From contig NZ_JAFATE010000506.1 in NCBI RefSeq assembly GCF_019244115.1, positions 1 to 63,911 on the forward strand: DNA of 63,911 bases, given 5' to 3'. Under the pieces are notes generated by a model. That model did not search any database, had not been told where the DNA came from, and saw nothing but the letters and a program-made list of their open reading frames with translations. This stretch comes from Bradyrhizobium sp. (GTDB lineage: Bacteria > Pseudomonadota > Alphaproteobacteria > Rhizobiales > Xanthobacteraceae). Of the stretch, positions 9,767 to 19,643 are shown one piece after another. Position 1 is the first letter of the stretch, and every line of letters starts with the position of its first letter. A program made the position numbers and the translations under genes.

Positions 9767-10906
9767 ATGATACCGATCATCAAGCCCGTAATGGACGAAC
9801 GGGAGGTTGAGGCTGCGCGACGCGTGATCTTGAGTGGCTGGATCACACAAGGGCCCGAAGTCGCGGCCTTTGAACGCGAATTCGCAGCGTTCACCGGGGC
9901 CGAGTTAGCCGTAGCCGTTTCGAACTGCACCACCGCTCTCCACCTGGCGCTCCTGGCGGCGGGAATTTCGCAGGGCGACGAGGTGATCACGGTCAGCCAT
10001 TCCTATATCGCGACAGCCAACTCGATCCGATATTGTGGCGCGATACCGGTTTTCGTCGACATCGAACCGGAAACGTTCAATATCGATCCGACATTGATCG
10101 AGGCCGCGATCACGCCAAGAACTCGCGCGATCCTTTGCGTGCATCAGATGGGCATGCCCTGTGACCTTGGCCGAATCGTCGAGCTTGGCCGCCGGCATGG
10201 CCTGGTTGTGATCGAGGACGCCGCCTGCGCGATCGCCTCCGAGATCCTCATCGACGGCGAATGGGAAAAGATCGGCCGGCCGCGCGGCGACGTGGCGTGC
10301 TTTTCCTTCCATCCCAGAAAAATCATGAGTACTGGCGACGGTGGCATGCTCACGACTTCCAAGCCCGAGTGGGCGGCCAAGTTCCGCCTCCTCAGACAAC
10401 ATGGAATGAGCGTCCCCGACACGGTGCGCCATGGCTCGCCGCAGGTCATTTTCGAAGATCATCCTGTTGTAGGTTACAACTACAGAATGACCGATATTCA
10501 GGCCGCTGTGGGTCGGGAACAGCTGAAGCGTCTTCCGGTGATCGTCCAGGCGAGACGGCAGCGGGCCAGCCGCTATTTGGAACAGCTTGCAGCAATCCCG
10601 GGGCTTGGCTTGCCAGTCCAACCCTCCTATGCCCGCAGCAACTGGCAAAGTTTTTGCGTTCGTCTACCCGACGGTTGCCATCAGCGCCAGGTAATGCAGG
10701 CTATGCTCGATGAAGAGGTCTCAACCCGGCGCGGCATCATGTGCGCGCACAGGGAAAAAGCCTATTCTGGAATGCGGCACCTCCATTCGCTCGCAAGATC
10801 GGAAGAGGCCCAGAATCGAACCGTCATCCTGCCGCTCTATCCGCAAATGACCGATACCGATCAGGACCGCGTTGTGGACGCGCTGGCTAGGGCCTGCGGC
10901 CGCTAG
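9767..10906 (+). CDS. DegT/DnrJ/EryC1/StrS sugar aminotransferase (second)
   Basis: SGWITQGP, SNCTTALHLAL, EDAACA, SFHPRKIMSTGDGGM, GYNYRMTD. Confidence 0.95.
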   Translation: MIPIIKPVMDEREVEAARRVILSGWITQGPEVAAFEREFAAFTGAELAVAVSNCTTALHLALLAAGISQGDEVITVSHSYIATANSIRYCGAIPVFVDIEPETFNIDPTLIEAAITPRTRAILCVHQMGMPCDLGRIVELGRRHGLVVIEDAACAIASEILIDGEWEKIGRPRGDVACFSFHPRKIMSTGDGGMLTTSKPEWAAKFRLLRQHGMSVPDTVRHGSPQVIFEDHPVVGYNYRMTDIQAAVGREQLKRLPVIVQARRQRASRYLEQLAAIPGLGLPVQPSYARSNWQSFCVRLPDGCHQRQVMQAMLDEEVSTRRGIMCAHREKAYSGMRHLHSLARSEEAQNRTVILPLYPQMTDTDQDRVVDALARACGR

Positions 10907-11979
10907 CGAGACGCATATGTCAGCGGCTCGTCGGATTTGTGTCGGCGAATACGAACGGTTTCTCCCCGGCCACGCATCGAGCTTGTGGCGGCTTCGATCA
11001 CTTCCACGATGCGGAGGCCAAGCCGGCCATCTGTGATGGGAGGTTCGCCCTTTGCGATACATTCCACGAAATGTTCGACAGCGACCCTCAATGCTTCGCT
11101 TCCGTCGAGTTTCGGCGCCCACATATCTCCTGTGCGATAGCCGACGCGCATCTCGTGTATCACCTTCGGATCATCGGTGAAGCTAATACCCTTGTCGTAG
11201 ACCCTGACCTTCTCGCTAGGCTCTAGGTCATCGTATGTGATCATTCTCTTGCTTCCACCGACGAGAACCTTCCGAACCTTCACGGGCGCAAGCCAGCTGA
11301 CGTTGGTGTGACCTATCGCGCCGGAATCGTAGAACAGCGTAATGTACGCAAGATTTTCCGGAGTCCCTGGAAAGTGGTTGATGCCGCTGGCAGAGACCGC
11401 TATCGGATGCTCATCCAAGAGATAGTCGAGAATCGCGAAATCGTGAACTGCAAGATCTGCGATCACGTTAACGTCGCGCTGAAACAGGCCGAGATTAACT
11501 CGCGTCGAGTCGTAATAGAGGATCTTCCCAAGATCTCCGCTCTTGATCAATTCACCCATCTTGCGGACCGCACCGGTGTAGATGAAGGTGTGATCCACGA
11601 ACAGTGTGAGTGAACGCTTCTCCGCCTCCTCAACCAGCTTTTCTGCCTGGTGACTTGTTTCCGTCATCGGCTTTTCGAGCCACAAATGCTTTCCTGCCTT
11701 GAGGGCTGCCATACCGAATTCGAAATGGGTCGCAACTGGCGTTGCGACCACGATGGCTTCGATACTTTCGTCGGCGATGAGATCTTCGAAATGCGTTGTT
11801 GTTCTAATCGAAGGATATCGGCGCGAAACAGACTCAAGCTGCGCAGGCCTGAGATCTGCGACGGCGACCGTCCTGACGCCGGGCAATTCTGCAAAATTTC
11901 TCAGTAGATTGGGTCCCCAGTACCCGTAACCGATGAGGCCAATGTTCACCACTGCTTTCGATCCCAGTTTGTCTTCCAT
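10903..11979 (-). CDS. Gfo/Idh/MocA family oxidoreductase (nucleotide-sugar dehydrogenase)
   Basis: IGYGYWGPNLLRNF, ATPVATH, LEKP, DLAVHD; its stop codon overlaps that of the convergent aminotransferase (CTAG 10903-10906). Confidence 0.93.
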   Translation of the reverse strand: MEDKLGSKAVVNIGLIGYGYWGPNLLRNFAELPGVRTVAVADLRPAQLESVSRRYPSIRTTTHFEDLIADESIEAIVVATPVATHFEFGMAALKAGKHLWLEKPMTETSHQAEKLVEEAEKRSLTLFVDHTFIYTGAVRKMGELIKSGDLGKILYYDSTRVNLGLFQRDVNVIADLAVHDFAILDYLLDEHPIAVSASGINHFPGTPENLAYITLFYDSGAIGHTNVSWLAPVKVRKVLVGGSKRMITYDDLEPSEKVRVYDKGISFTDDPKVIHEMRVGYRTGDMWAPKLDGSEALRVAVEHFVECIAKGEPPITDGRLGLRIVEVIEAATSSMRGRGETVRIRRHKSDEPLTYASR

Positions 11980-12019
11980 TTCCGTGCGCCTCGTGCAGCA
12001 ATGAAGCAACAGAGGCCGT

Positions 12020-12502
12020 TCAAGCCGTTCTCTTCCGAGTGTCGCCAATGACGCGCGCAGGTACTCCTGCGACAATCGCATAGTCCGGGACGTCCTTGGT
12101 CACAACCGAACCGGCGGCGATCAGCGACCCTTCTCCGACGATAATGCCGCACAGGATGGTCGCGTTGGAGCCGATCGAGGCACGACGCCTGACGAGTGTT
12201 TTTTCAACGGACCAATCTGCTTCCGTCTGCGGCACGCCGTCCAGATTGGTCGCCTGCGGGAAACGATCATTGGTGAACATCACGCCGTGCCCGATGAAAA
12301 CTTCGTCTTCAATTGTGACGCCTTCGCAGATGAAGCTGTGCGAGGAGAGCTTGCATCGCGCACCGATGGTGGCGTTCTTCTGAATCTCGACGAAAGAGCC
12401 AATCCGGCTTTCATCCCCGACGGTGCAGCCATAAAGATTGACTTGATCCTCATGGTAAATCCGCACATCTTTGCCAAGGCCCACCGTGCTCGCGATCGGC
12501 AT
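12020..12502 (-). CDS. hexapeptide-repeat (left-handed beta-helix) sugar N-acyltransferase, WbpD/WxcM-like
   Basis: SFICEGVTIEDEVFIGHGVMFTND, ASIGSNATI, AAGSVVTKDVP, GVPARV; AGGAG upstream. Confidence 0.93.
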   Translation of the reverse strand: MPIASTVGLGKDVRIYHEDQVNLYGCTVGDESRIGSFVEIQKNATIGARCKLSSHSFICEGVTIEDEVFIGHGVMFTNDRFPQATNLDGVPQTEADWSVEKTLVRRRASIGSNATILCGIIVGEGSLIAAGSVVTKDVPDYAIVAGVPARVIGDTRKRTA

Positions 12503-13344
12503 AACACATTCTCCTGATAAGTTTACGCTGCGCTTAGAAAGCTGGTCAACCAAGGATGCCGGGCGCCGCCACGTCAACAGTAGCAGCCGCCCGAGCGGTT
12601 TTGGAAAATTCGCTGGCCTTTGCTTAACGCGCCGGTGCGACGTATTCGCGCAAAGGTGTGCGACTTGGTGTTTGAATGCCGGTCGTTAAGTAGTGGCAGC
12701 ACGCCGGCGTGGCACCTACGACAGTTGGACGCCATCAGCCCGGGCGCCAAGGCATTGAACTCACCCGCCACGATCGCAAGTGACTCACGCTACGGTTCCC
12801 CGCGGGCGTGTCATCGCGGGCCTATCTGGCCGGCACCTATGGGTCATTGGGGGCGAAAGGCAATAGATGAACCAAAGTGCCGAGAAGAGAACAGCGATAG
12901 GGGTAGTCGTGTCGGCGGCCCTGCGCCCCCTGTCCAAGGCGGTATCGTGCCTGCTCGGCAAAAATGTCTGACGCCATGATCGCGGCAGCGATGAGCGTAT
13001 CGATTTTATCGCCTCTACCGGTTTTCGAGTCTTCCTGCGGTACCATGATGCCTCACCAACCCGTGCGCCAACTGCTGAGAGGGCTGGCGCAGAGCGCATG
13101 ACCGTTGGCGTTCCCGCATTCATTAAGAACAATGATAGTAACCGAAGTACAAGAAAAGGGCCTTGAGCTTTCCCGATTGTGCCGGGCACAACAACACTTG
13201 TTGTTTTTGCTTTCACCTCTGCCTTTACTATGAATTCACGATTATGTGCCGCAACTCTCTGAGCCCACCCTCTATGCTATGGGCTAGTGACCGAACTCGA
13301 CTGCACGCCCGGGGACTGCGGCGCGCGATAGCAGGATCAGTATA

Positions 13345-14811
13345 GTGTCACTCCGCAGGATTGTGACTGGTACCGCACTCGTCTCATCGGCCAGCCTCAC
13401 CCGCCTCCTCGCGCAGTTCATCGCCGTCCCGATTCTGTCGCGCCTGCTCACGTCCACCGACTACGGATTGGTCGCGATTGCATCGCCCCTCATACTCTTC
13501 TCAATGCTGATCACGGACGCGGGACTTGGCATGTCCCTCGTTCGCTCGACGCCGCTAAAGGACGAGACGGCGTGGTCGACAAGCTTCTGGGTGATCTTCT
13601 CCTTGGGCGGTGCAATAGTGCCGATCCTGGTCCTTCTTTCGCCGCTCGTGGCCTACACCTTCGGCGAACCGAAGCTCAAGCTAATTGTCACCACGCTGTC
13701 CTTAATCATCGCGGCACAGGCGGCCGCCGTAATTCCCGGCGCGGCGCTCCAGCAGGCCCGCCAGTTCTCAACTATTGCGGCTATCGAAATCAGTTCGACC
13801 GTTCTTGGTGTCGCTACGGCTGTCACCGCCGCATTCATGGGAGCCGGGGTCTGGGCCTTGGTTGCCCAACAGATTACCTTTTTCTTCACCCGGCTGTTAG
13901 TGACCTTCGTCTGCTCGCCATTCCGCCCGCGCTTGGTCTTCGATCTCGCCGCGATCAAACATCACCTGGTATTCGGCCGGGACGTTCTTAGTACCAACCT
14001 TATCGCTCAGCTGTCCGGATCGGTCGACAACCTTGCTCTCGGAGGTGTGCTGGGACCGACTTCGGTGGGCTTCTACACCATCGCCATGCAGTTCATTCGC
14101 CTGCCGACGATGGTCATCACCGGGCCGATGCAATACGTGCTCTATTCGCATTTGGCGACAGTCAAGGAGAACTTGCCGGCCATCCGGCGGACTTTCCTGC
14201 TCGCCACTCGCGTCCTCAGTGTCCTCGTGGTCCCGTCGATGAGCTTGGTGGCGGCCGCCCATCACTCGATCTTCAAGATCCTGCTCTCCGAAAAGTGGGC
14301 CCAATCGGGCACAATCTTCATGATCCTGGCGGCGGCTGGAGCGATCCAGGCAATGATGGCGCTCGGCGGTGACATCATGCTGGTGCTGGGCCGGCCTGAT
14401 CTGAGGCTGCGGATGACGATCGAGTTCAGCCCCATCTGGCTCGGCGCGCTGCTGCTGTCGCTTTTGTTGTCCCACGATATCCATTGGGTGGCCGGAGCCT
14501 ACACCTTCGCGGTCCTGCTTTATGTACCGCGCACGCTGAGCCTCGTGCTCTCTCTCCTTCAATGCCGGTTCGCGACATATCTCGAGACCTTGGTTGTGCC
14601 AGCTCTGATCACCCCGATCGCGATACTGGTCTACTCGGAGGTCAACAGAACCTTTGCACTTCAGAAGTTTGCCGACGTCGGGCTCTGCGCCCTCTTGGCT
14701 TTCGCGACGATGGTCGTCTGTGTCCTCGTTCAGCGACGTTCCTTCATCGACGAAAGCGCGCTGCTGTCTCTCCCGTTCGGATCGACTCCAGCCGTGCAAA
14801 AGCAGAGCTAA
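13345..14811 (+). CDS. Wzx flippase (ExoT-like polysaccharide biosynthesis protein)
   Basis: About 12 hydrophobic segments; LSRLLTSTDYGLV, GAGVWALVAQQ, LGPTSVGFY, LLSEKW. Confidence 0.9.
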   Translation: MSLRRIVTGTALVSSASLTRLLAQFIAVPILSRLLTSTDYGLVAIASPLILFSMLITDAGLGMSLVRSTPLKDETAWSTSFWVIFSLGGAIVPILVLLSPLVAYTFGEPKLKLIVTTLSLIIAAQAAAVIPGAALQQARQFSTIAAIEISSTVLGVATAVTAAFMGAGVWALVAQQITFFFTRLLVTFVCSPFRPRLVFDLAAIKHHLVFGRDVLSTNLIAQLSGSVDNLALGGVLGPTSVGFYTIAMQFIRLPTMVITGPMQYVLYSHLATVKENLPAIRRTFLLATRVLSVLVVPSMSLVAAAHHSIFKILLSEKWAQSGTIFMILAAAGAIQAMMALGGDIMLVLGRPDLRLRMTIEFSPIWLGALLLSLLLSHDIHWVAGAYTFAVLLYVPRTLSLVLSLLQCRFATYLETLVVPALITPIAILVYSEVNRTFALQKFADVGLCALLAFATMVVCVLVQRRSFIDESALLSLPFGSTPAVQKQS

Positions 14812-15749
14812 TGAAAGTATCCGTCGTCATCTGCACCAAAGACCGAGCTCACGCGATCGTTCATTGCCTGCAATCGATCGACGCGGCTGCGCGGGCGGCC
14901 TCGCTGAGAGATGCCGAAATCGTGGTGGTTGACAATGCATCGATTGACGACACGGAGGCCGTTCTGCACAATTTCGCAGCCGACGCATCGATCCCGGTTC
15001 GGGTTGAATGTGAGCCTCGCACCGGCATCGCGATAGCAAAAAATCGAGGACTCCGAACAGCGCAAGGCGACATTCTCGTCCTCATCGACGATGATTGCCG
15101 CCTGCAGCGGGACTACTTCGTCGAGCTCGTGCACCTGCATGCGACGGATAAGGACCTCGCACTGCGTGGCGGCCGGGTCGAATTGGGGAACGCCGGGGAC
15201 TTATCGCTGACGATCAAGACCGATACCACGCGAAACCAATGGCATATCAAGGACCGCTCCGCGCGATATGAGAACCTCGGGAACTGCTTTCTGGGCTGCA
15301 ATCTTTTCGTGAGCCGGATGGTCTACGAACGACTTGGCCCGATGGACGAGCTGTTCGGGGTCGGGTCCATCCCGGCAGGAGAGGATACCGACTATATCTT
15401 TCGTGCCTATACCGCGGGCATCAAGCTCGAATACATGCCGAACATCGTAGTTTACCATCATCACGGCCGCCAAACTTCAGAGGCCGCCCAGCGACTCTGG
15501 CGGAGTTACATGATCGGCTCCGGCGCTCTCTACGCCAAGTATCTCTTCAAATGCCCCGATCTGTGCCGACAGGCGCCCTGGGATCTAAAGGGGTTCGTAA
15601 GAGAGACGCTCGCCCGCGAGAACCGGTTTCTGCCCGAATATGACTTTTCCTACGCGGATAAGATGCGTTGCTACGCAGCCGGCGCCTCTTCCTATCTCTC
15701 GGCCAACATGAGGGTTCAGGGGCAGAATCGCCGCTCATGCGGAGCGTGA
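14811..15749 (+). CDS. glycosyltransferase family 2
   Basis: VSVVICTKDR, VVVDNAS, IDDD, GEDTD; translationally coupled to the flippase (TAATG). Confidence 0.92.
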   Translation: MKVSVVICTKDRAHAIVHCLQSIDAAARAASLRDAEIVVVDNASIDDTEAVLHNFAADASIPVRVECEPRTGIAIAKNRGLRTAQGDILVLIDDDCRLQRDYFVELVHLHATDKDLALRGGRVELGNAGDLSLTIKTDTTRNQWHIKDRSARYENLGNCFLGCNLFVSRMVYERLGPMDELFGVGSIPAGEDTDYIFRAYTAGIKLEYMPNIVVYHHHGRQTSEAAQRLWRSYMIGSGALYAKYLFKCPDLCRQAPWDLKGFVRETLARENRFLPEYDFSYADKMRCYAAGASSYLSANMRVQGQNRRSCGA

Positions 15750-15892
15750 GCTCGTTAACCGATCTGGCGTCAATCTGGCCCTGCTTTGTTCACGGACGGC
15801 GCAGCCTGGCGCGCAACCGCGTTCATCAAAACCTTCGAAACGGCCGCAACCTGCCGCTCGGCGTCTTGACGACACGTGATCAAAAATCGACA

Positions 15893-17311
15893 ATGGACCC
15901 GCCCGATAACCAGCGGCCGTCAACCACCGATTCCGGTCACGCTGATGAATCGCAGCAGCGACAAATAAGGCCGCTGTCGCGCCAGACATCGGGGAGTCCA
16001 CTGCCGGCGGTCTACGAAATGGTCTCTAGAGCACTATCGACACAAAATGCCAGATCAGATGCGCGCGCGCAGCGGTACGACCCTCTCGCTACCGGCGATT
16101 GGCGCGACATGAGCTCCCCGTCACTTGCCATTGCGGCCCATCAGACGGACTGGGAATACCGGGTCACCTGGCTGTTATGGCTTTGCTGCGCGCTTTCAAG
16201 CACACTCATTATTGTCGTCCAGACCATACCAGCTATCATCTTTCTGTGCGCGGTCCTGCTCTATTGCGCGCTGTTTCCGCTTCGCTTCTACCAGGCCCTG
16301 ACCTGGAATATCATTCCGTGGGCCATCGTGTTGTTCGGAGCGCTCTCCGTCATCTGGTCCGAACAGCCGACGCAATCATTGCGCAGCGCGGCCCAAATTT
16401 GGGTATCGGTGCTTGCGGTCCTCATGTTCGCGCAAGGACTGCGTGCCGGATCGTTCATCCTCATTACCTTTTTCGCATTCGTCGGTGCGAACGCGACCTT
16501 TCTGTTCGCCCCTTCCGTGTTCGGTTCCAAGAACATGGTCGGTCAAACGCTTGCGCTGGTTGTGCTATCAAGCTTCTGGCTGATACTCGACCGACAGCAT
16601 CTGCTCATTCGAGCCATTGCCCTCGCCGCTTTGCTGGCTGCGCCGAGCATGCTCATAGCAGCGGACTCGGAAGGCGCTTTGCTGGCGGGGAGCCTGGCTC
16701 TCGTTTGTTCCCTCGCTCCCTTTCTGATGCGACCGTTTCGACCAGCCACGCGAATATTTCTGGCCTGCGTTGGCGCGTTTGTTGCCAGCGTAATCATATT
16801 GGCTTCGTTCCTGCTGTTCGATGGCCTGTTTGAGACGATCCTACAATCAATCGGGAAAGACGTCAGCCTTACCGGCCGTACGCTTCTATGGTCTCACGCG
16901 GCTGAAATCATTGCCGATCACCCGCTTGGTGTCGGCCTCCAGGCATTTTGGAACGAAAGCAATGCCGACGCGATACGGTTCTGGGAAACTTTCTACATCA
17001 ATAATCACTACGGTTTTCATTTTCACGATCTGTGGCTCGAAACAGGGGTGGAGCTGGGCGTGATCGGAATTGTGATCGCCGCCGCCACGACGCTTGTCGT
17101 GTTCTTCAGCGTCTGGCGGTGGGCACTATGGTATCCTGCACCGGAAAGCTGCTTTTTTGCCGGATATGTGACGTTCATCCTGGCGCGTACAATTGGCGAG
17201 GTCGAGCTTTACAGCCAGTTCAATATGACCTCGATGATGTTCATCGCAGCTTTTTACTATGCTCGCTCGCCATCCCGACAGCAAGCTGACAACAGGGGCG
17301 GCCATGGCTAG
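15893..17311 (+). CDS. Wzy polymerase / O-antigen ligase family (ExoQ-like); start uncertain (15893, 16019 or 16109)
   Basis: Multi-TM; GSKN, GKDVSLTGRTLLW, GFHFHDLWLE motifs of the ExoQ type. Confidence 0.85.
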   Translation: MDPPDNQRPSTTDSGHADESQQRQIRPLSRQTSGSPLPAVYEMVSRALSTQNARSDARAQRYDPLATGDWRDMSSPSLAIAAHQTDWEYRVTWLLWLCCALSSTLIIVVQTIPAIIFLCAVLLYCALFPLRFYQALTWNIIPWAIVLFGALSVIWSEQPTQSLRSAAQIWVSVLAVLMFAQGLRAGSFILITFFAFVGANATFLFAPSVFGSKNMVGQTLALVVLSSFWLILDRQHLLIRAIALAALLAAPSMLIAADSEGALLAGSLALVCSLAPFLMRPFRPATRIFLACVGAFVASVIILASFLLFDGLFETILQSIGKDVSLTGRTLLWSHAAEIIADHPLGVGLQAFWNESNADAIRFWETFYINNHYGFHFHDLWLETGVELGVIGIVIAAATTLVVFFSVWRWALWYPAPESCFFAGYVTFILARTIGEVELYSQFNMTSMMFIAAFYYARSPSRQQADNRGGHG

Positions 17312-17416
17312 AACAAGAAGTCAGATCGAACCGCCCGCCGGGAAACTAGCGTTCTGAACTTAACGGCCTGAGCGCTACATCATGTCCTTTTGAGAGAATT
17401 TTAGTGAGAGGCCGAT

Positions 17417-18172
17417 ATGAGCCACCAACCGCGTATCGAGCGAGAACGTGATTTTCACAATCAACGTTTCGGAGCGGAGCACGACATTCGCGAACCGTTG
17501 AACAAGTGGTACGGCGCACTTGCCGCCGGCACACAGGCTCAAAACGATCTCGTGCGGCAATATGGGCGCGGCGCGAACGTCTTGGAGTACGGCTGCTCAG
17601 ACGGCGTCATCTCCCTCGTCAACGATCGACTCGCTCAGGAGACGGCTCATTTTCATGGGATCGACATATCCGATAAGGCCATTGAAAAGGCGCGGCAGAT
17701 TTGCACCTCGCTAGGGTTGAGCAATTGTGACTTCGCGGTGATGAACGCCGAAGCCCTGACGTTTCCGGACAATGAATTCGACCTGGTGTTCGGTCGCGGC
17801 ATTCTCCACCATCTCGACCTGAACAAATGCTTTTCTGAAATCTTTCGGGTGCTCCGCCCTGGCGGTAAAGCAATTTTTAGCGAGCCATTGGGGCATAATC
17901 CAGCGCTCAACCTCTTTCGGAAGATGACGCCTCAGTATCGCACGGAAGACGAGCATCCTCTCGTCATGAGCGATCTAGAAATTGCCCGCGGCGTTTTTCG
18001 CGATATTGAGTGCAAATTTTTCGGGTTGACAACGCTCGCCGCAGTTCCCTTCAAAACAACCCTCATCGGTCCAACTATGATGAAGCTGTGCGAGCGCGCA
18101 GACGACCTGTTGCTTCAAGTTCCTTTTGTCCAGCGCCACGCTTGGTCTGTGCTCATTGTTCTTACCAAGTGA
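17417..18172 (+). CDS. class I SAM-dependent methyltransferase
   Basis: VLEYGCSDG, GIDIS, MNAEALTFPDNEFDLV, ILHHL, LRPGG. Confidence 0.92.
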   Translation: MSHQPRIERERDFHNQRFGAEHDIREPLNKWYGALAAGTQAQNDLVRQYGRGANVLEYGCSDGVISLVNDRLAQETAHFHGIDISDKAIEKARQICTSLGLSNCDFAVMNAEALTFPDNEFDLVFGRGILHHLDLNKCFSEIFRVLRPGGKAIFSEPLGHNPALNLFRKMTPQYRTEDEHPLVMSDLEIARGVFRDIECKFFGLTTLAAVPFKTTLIGPTMMKLCERADDLLLQVPFVQRHAWSVLIVLTK

Positions 18173-18221
18173 GCGGCCTCGAACACCAACGCTTCTCCGA
18201 CCGGCGCAAGAGCCGTGGCGG

Positions 18222-19196
18222 TTAGCGACCAACGTACTGAGGCCTTTGCCAAACCCTGATGTAGGCGACCTGCATCGTGGCGGGAAAATGCGTCGAGCTA
18301 TCAGGTGCGCCGCCCCAGCCGTTTTCCTTGCCGACGCCGACGTTTGCCACGATGTAACAGGGCTTGTGCAGATCGGGTGGCGTGGGCCGCGAGTAGACGA
18401 GCTTTCGGTCGAAATACCAGTCAATCTTTTCCGGTCCCCAATCGACAGCGTATTCGTGGAAGGCGGCGCTCAAGTCGAGATGGGTGTCCGTACCCAATCC
18501 ATACGCCGTTTCCCTATGGGGAATGTTCGTATGAAGGCTCGTGTACAACGTGCTCGGCTCCACACCAATCACTTCCATCACATCGATTTCGGGGGGCCAG
18601 CTCTTGTCCGCCGGCAATAGCCAGAATGCCGGCCAGAGTCCCTTGCCCAACGGGAGTTTCGCAGAGATGGCGAAGATGCCGTATTTTTGCGCGAAGGGAT
18701 AGCTGTTGATGGTCGCGCCGATATACTCCTTTGGGTCCTCCTTGCCGACGGTTCGGGCAAGTTCGGCGGGCATTTCCTGCACTGTGAGATTCAGCGTTCC
18801 CGACCACGTGAGCGGAACGAGCTTGCCTTCCATCTGGCGCATCATATCGCCATTGGGACTGGCGTCTGCTAAGCCGTTCGACGTCCAAGCCGGGAAATCC
18901 TTCGCGGGTGGCGGCCATAGCACCGGCTGCCCCGCCAAATGATGGTTCCAGATATACCCGGCCGCCCAGGAAAATGATGGATCATTGAACGGCAGGACCG
19001 GCGCATCGACCTGCACGCCCCCTTCTCTCCAAACAGGCGGCGAACCGAAGTGCTGGTCAAGCATTTCCAGAGTGTTGGCGAACGACAGCTCACTACCGAG
19101 CACTGAGCCCGTTTCCAATACAGGCCGTTCCCCTGAGAATGCCGTGGCGACTTGACAGACTGAACACACGGCTGCCAGCACGCTCAAAAATCTCAT
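18222..19196 (-). CDS. glycoside hydrolase family 16 beta-glycanase (ExoK/ExsH-like), exported
   Basis: GLWPAFWLLP, WPPEIDVME (ExDxxE catalytic motif), FHEYAVDW; signal-peptide-like N-terminus MRFLSVLAAVC. Confidence 0.92.
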   Translation of the reverse strand: MRFLSVLAAVCSVCQVATAFSGERPVLETGSVLGSELSFANTLEMLDQHFGSPPVWREGGVQVDAPVLPFNDPSFSWAAGYIWNHHLAGQPVLWPPPAKDFPAWTSNGLADASPNGDMMRQMEGKLVPLTWSGTLNLTVQEMPAELARTVGKEDPKEYIGATINSYPFAQKYGIFAISAKLPLGKGLWPAFWLLPADKSWPPEIDVMEVIGVEPSTLYTSLHTNIPHRETAYGLGTDTHLDLSAAFHEYAVDWGPEKIDWYFDRKLVYSRPTPPDLHKPCYIVANVGVGKENGWGGAPDSSTHFPATMQVAYIRVWQRPQYVGR

Positions 19197-19643
19197 ATGA
19201 CGCCTCCGCCAGGACTTCCGCGGAAACCAGCCGCGCCAGGGTGCGACCCAAGAGAGACAACAAGGCACAGTTAAACGACGATCATCCATCTCAGCAAAGT
19301 GAAAAACGCGTGACGAGGCAATAGGGCTCTCCATTGGAGGCCAACCGTTGGGCAACAATGCGGCCGTTGACCCGATCTCCGCGTTGATCAACCGCAACCG
19401 TTTCGTGCGGGCTGTTTGGTCTGCAGCCGAGCCGGCTCTGTGACACTCGTCACGAACGGTCGCCCCCGGCTCGTCGCCGCGCGGACGCGCTTACCTTTTT
19501 ACCGAACCTGACGCGGAAAAGCGATGCAGCCAACGTCGCGGCAACGGGGTTGAGCAAGAGCCACGCGAACAGCTCCGCTTTGACGAGCAAATCTTGCCAA
19601 TGCAATAATGCGGGGTGGCTTTTCAACCGGTAGACTAGTTAGC

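Noticed and set aside
12785-13216. 143-aa and 69-aa minus-strand ORFs in the spacer before the flippase
   Set aside because: No recognisable motif; could be a decayed small gene but cannot be supported from sequence alone
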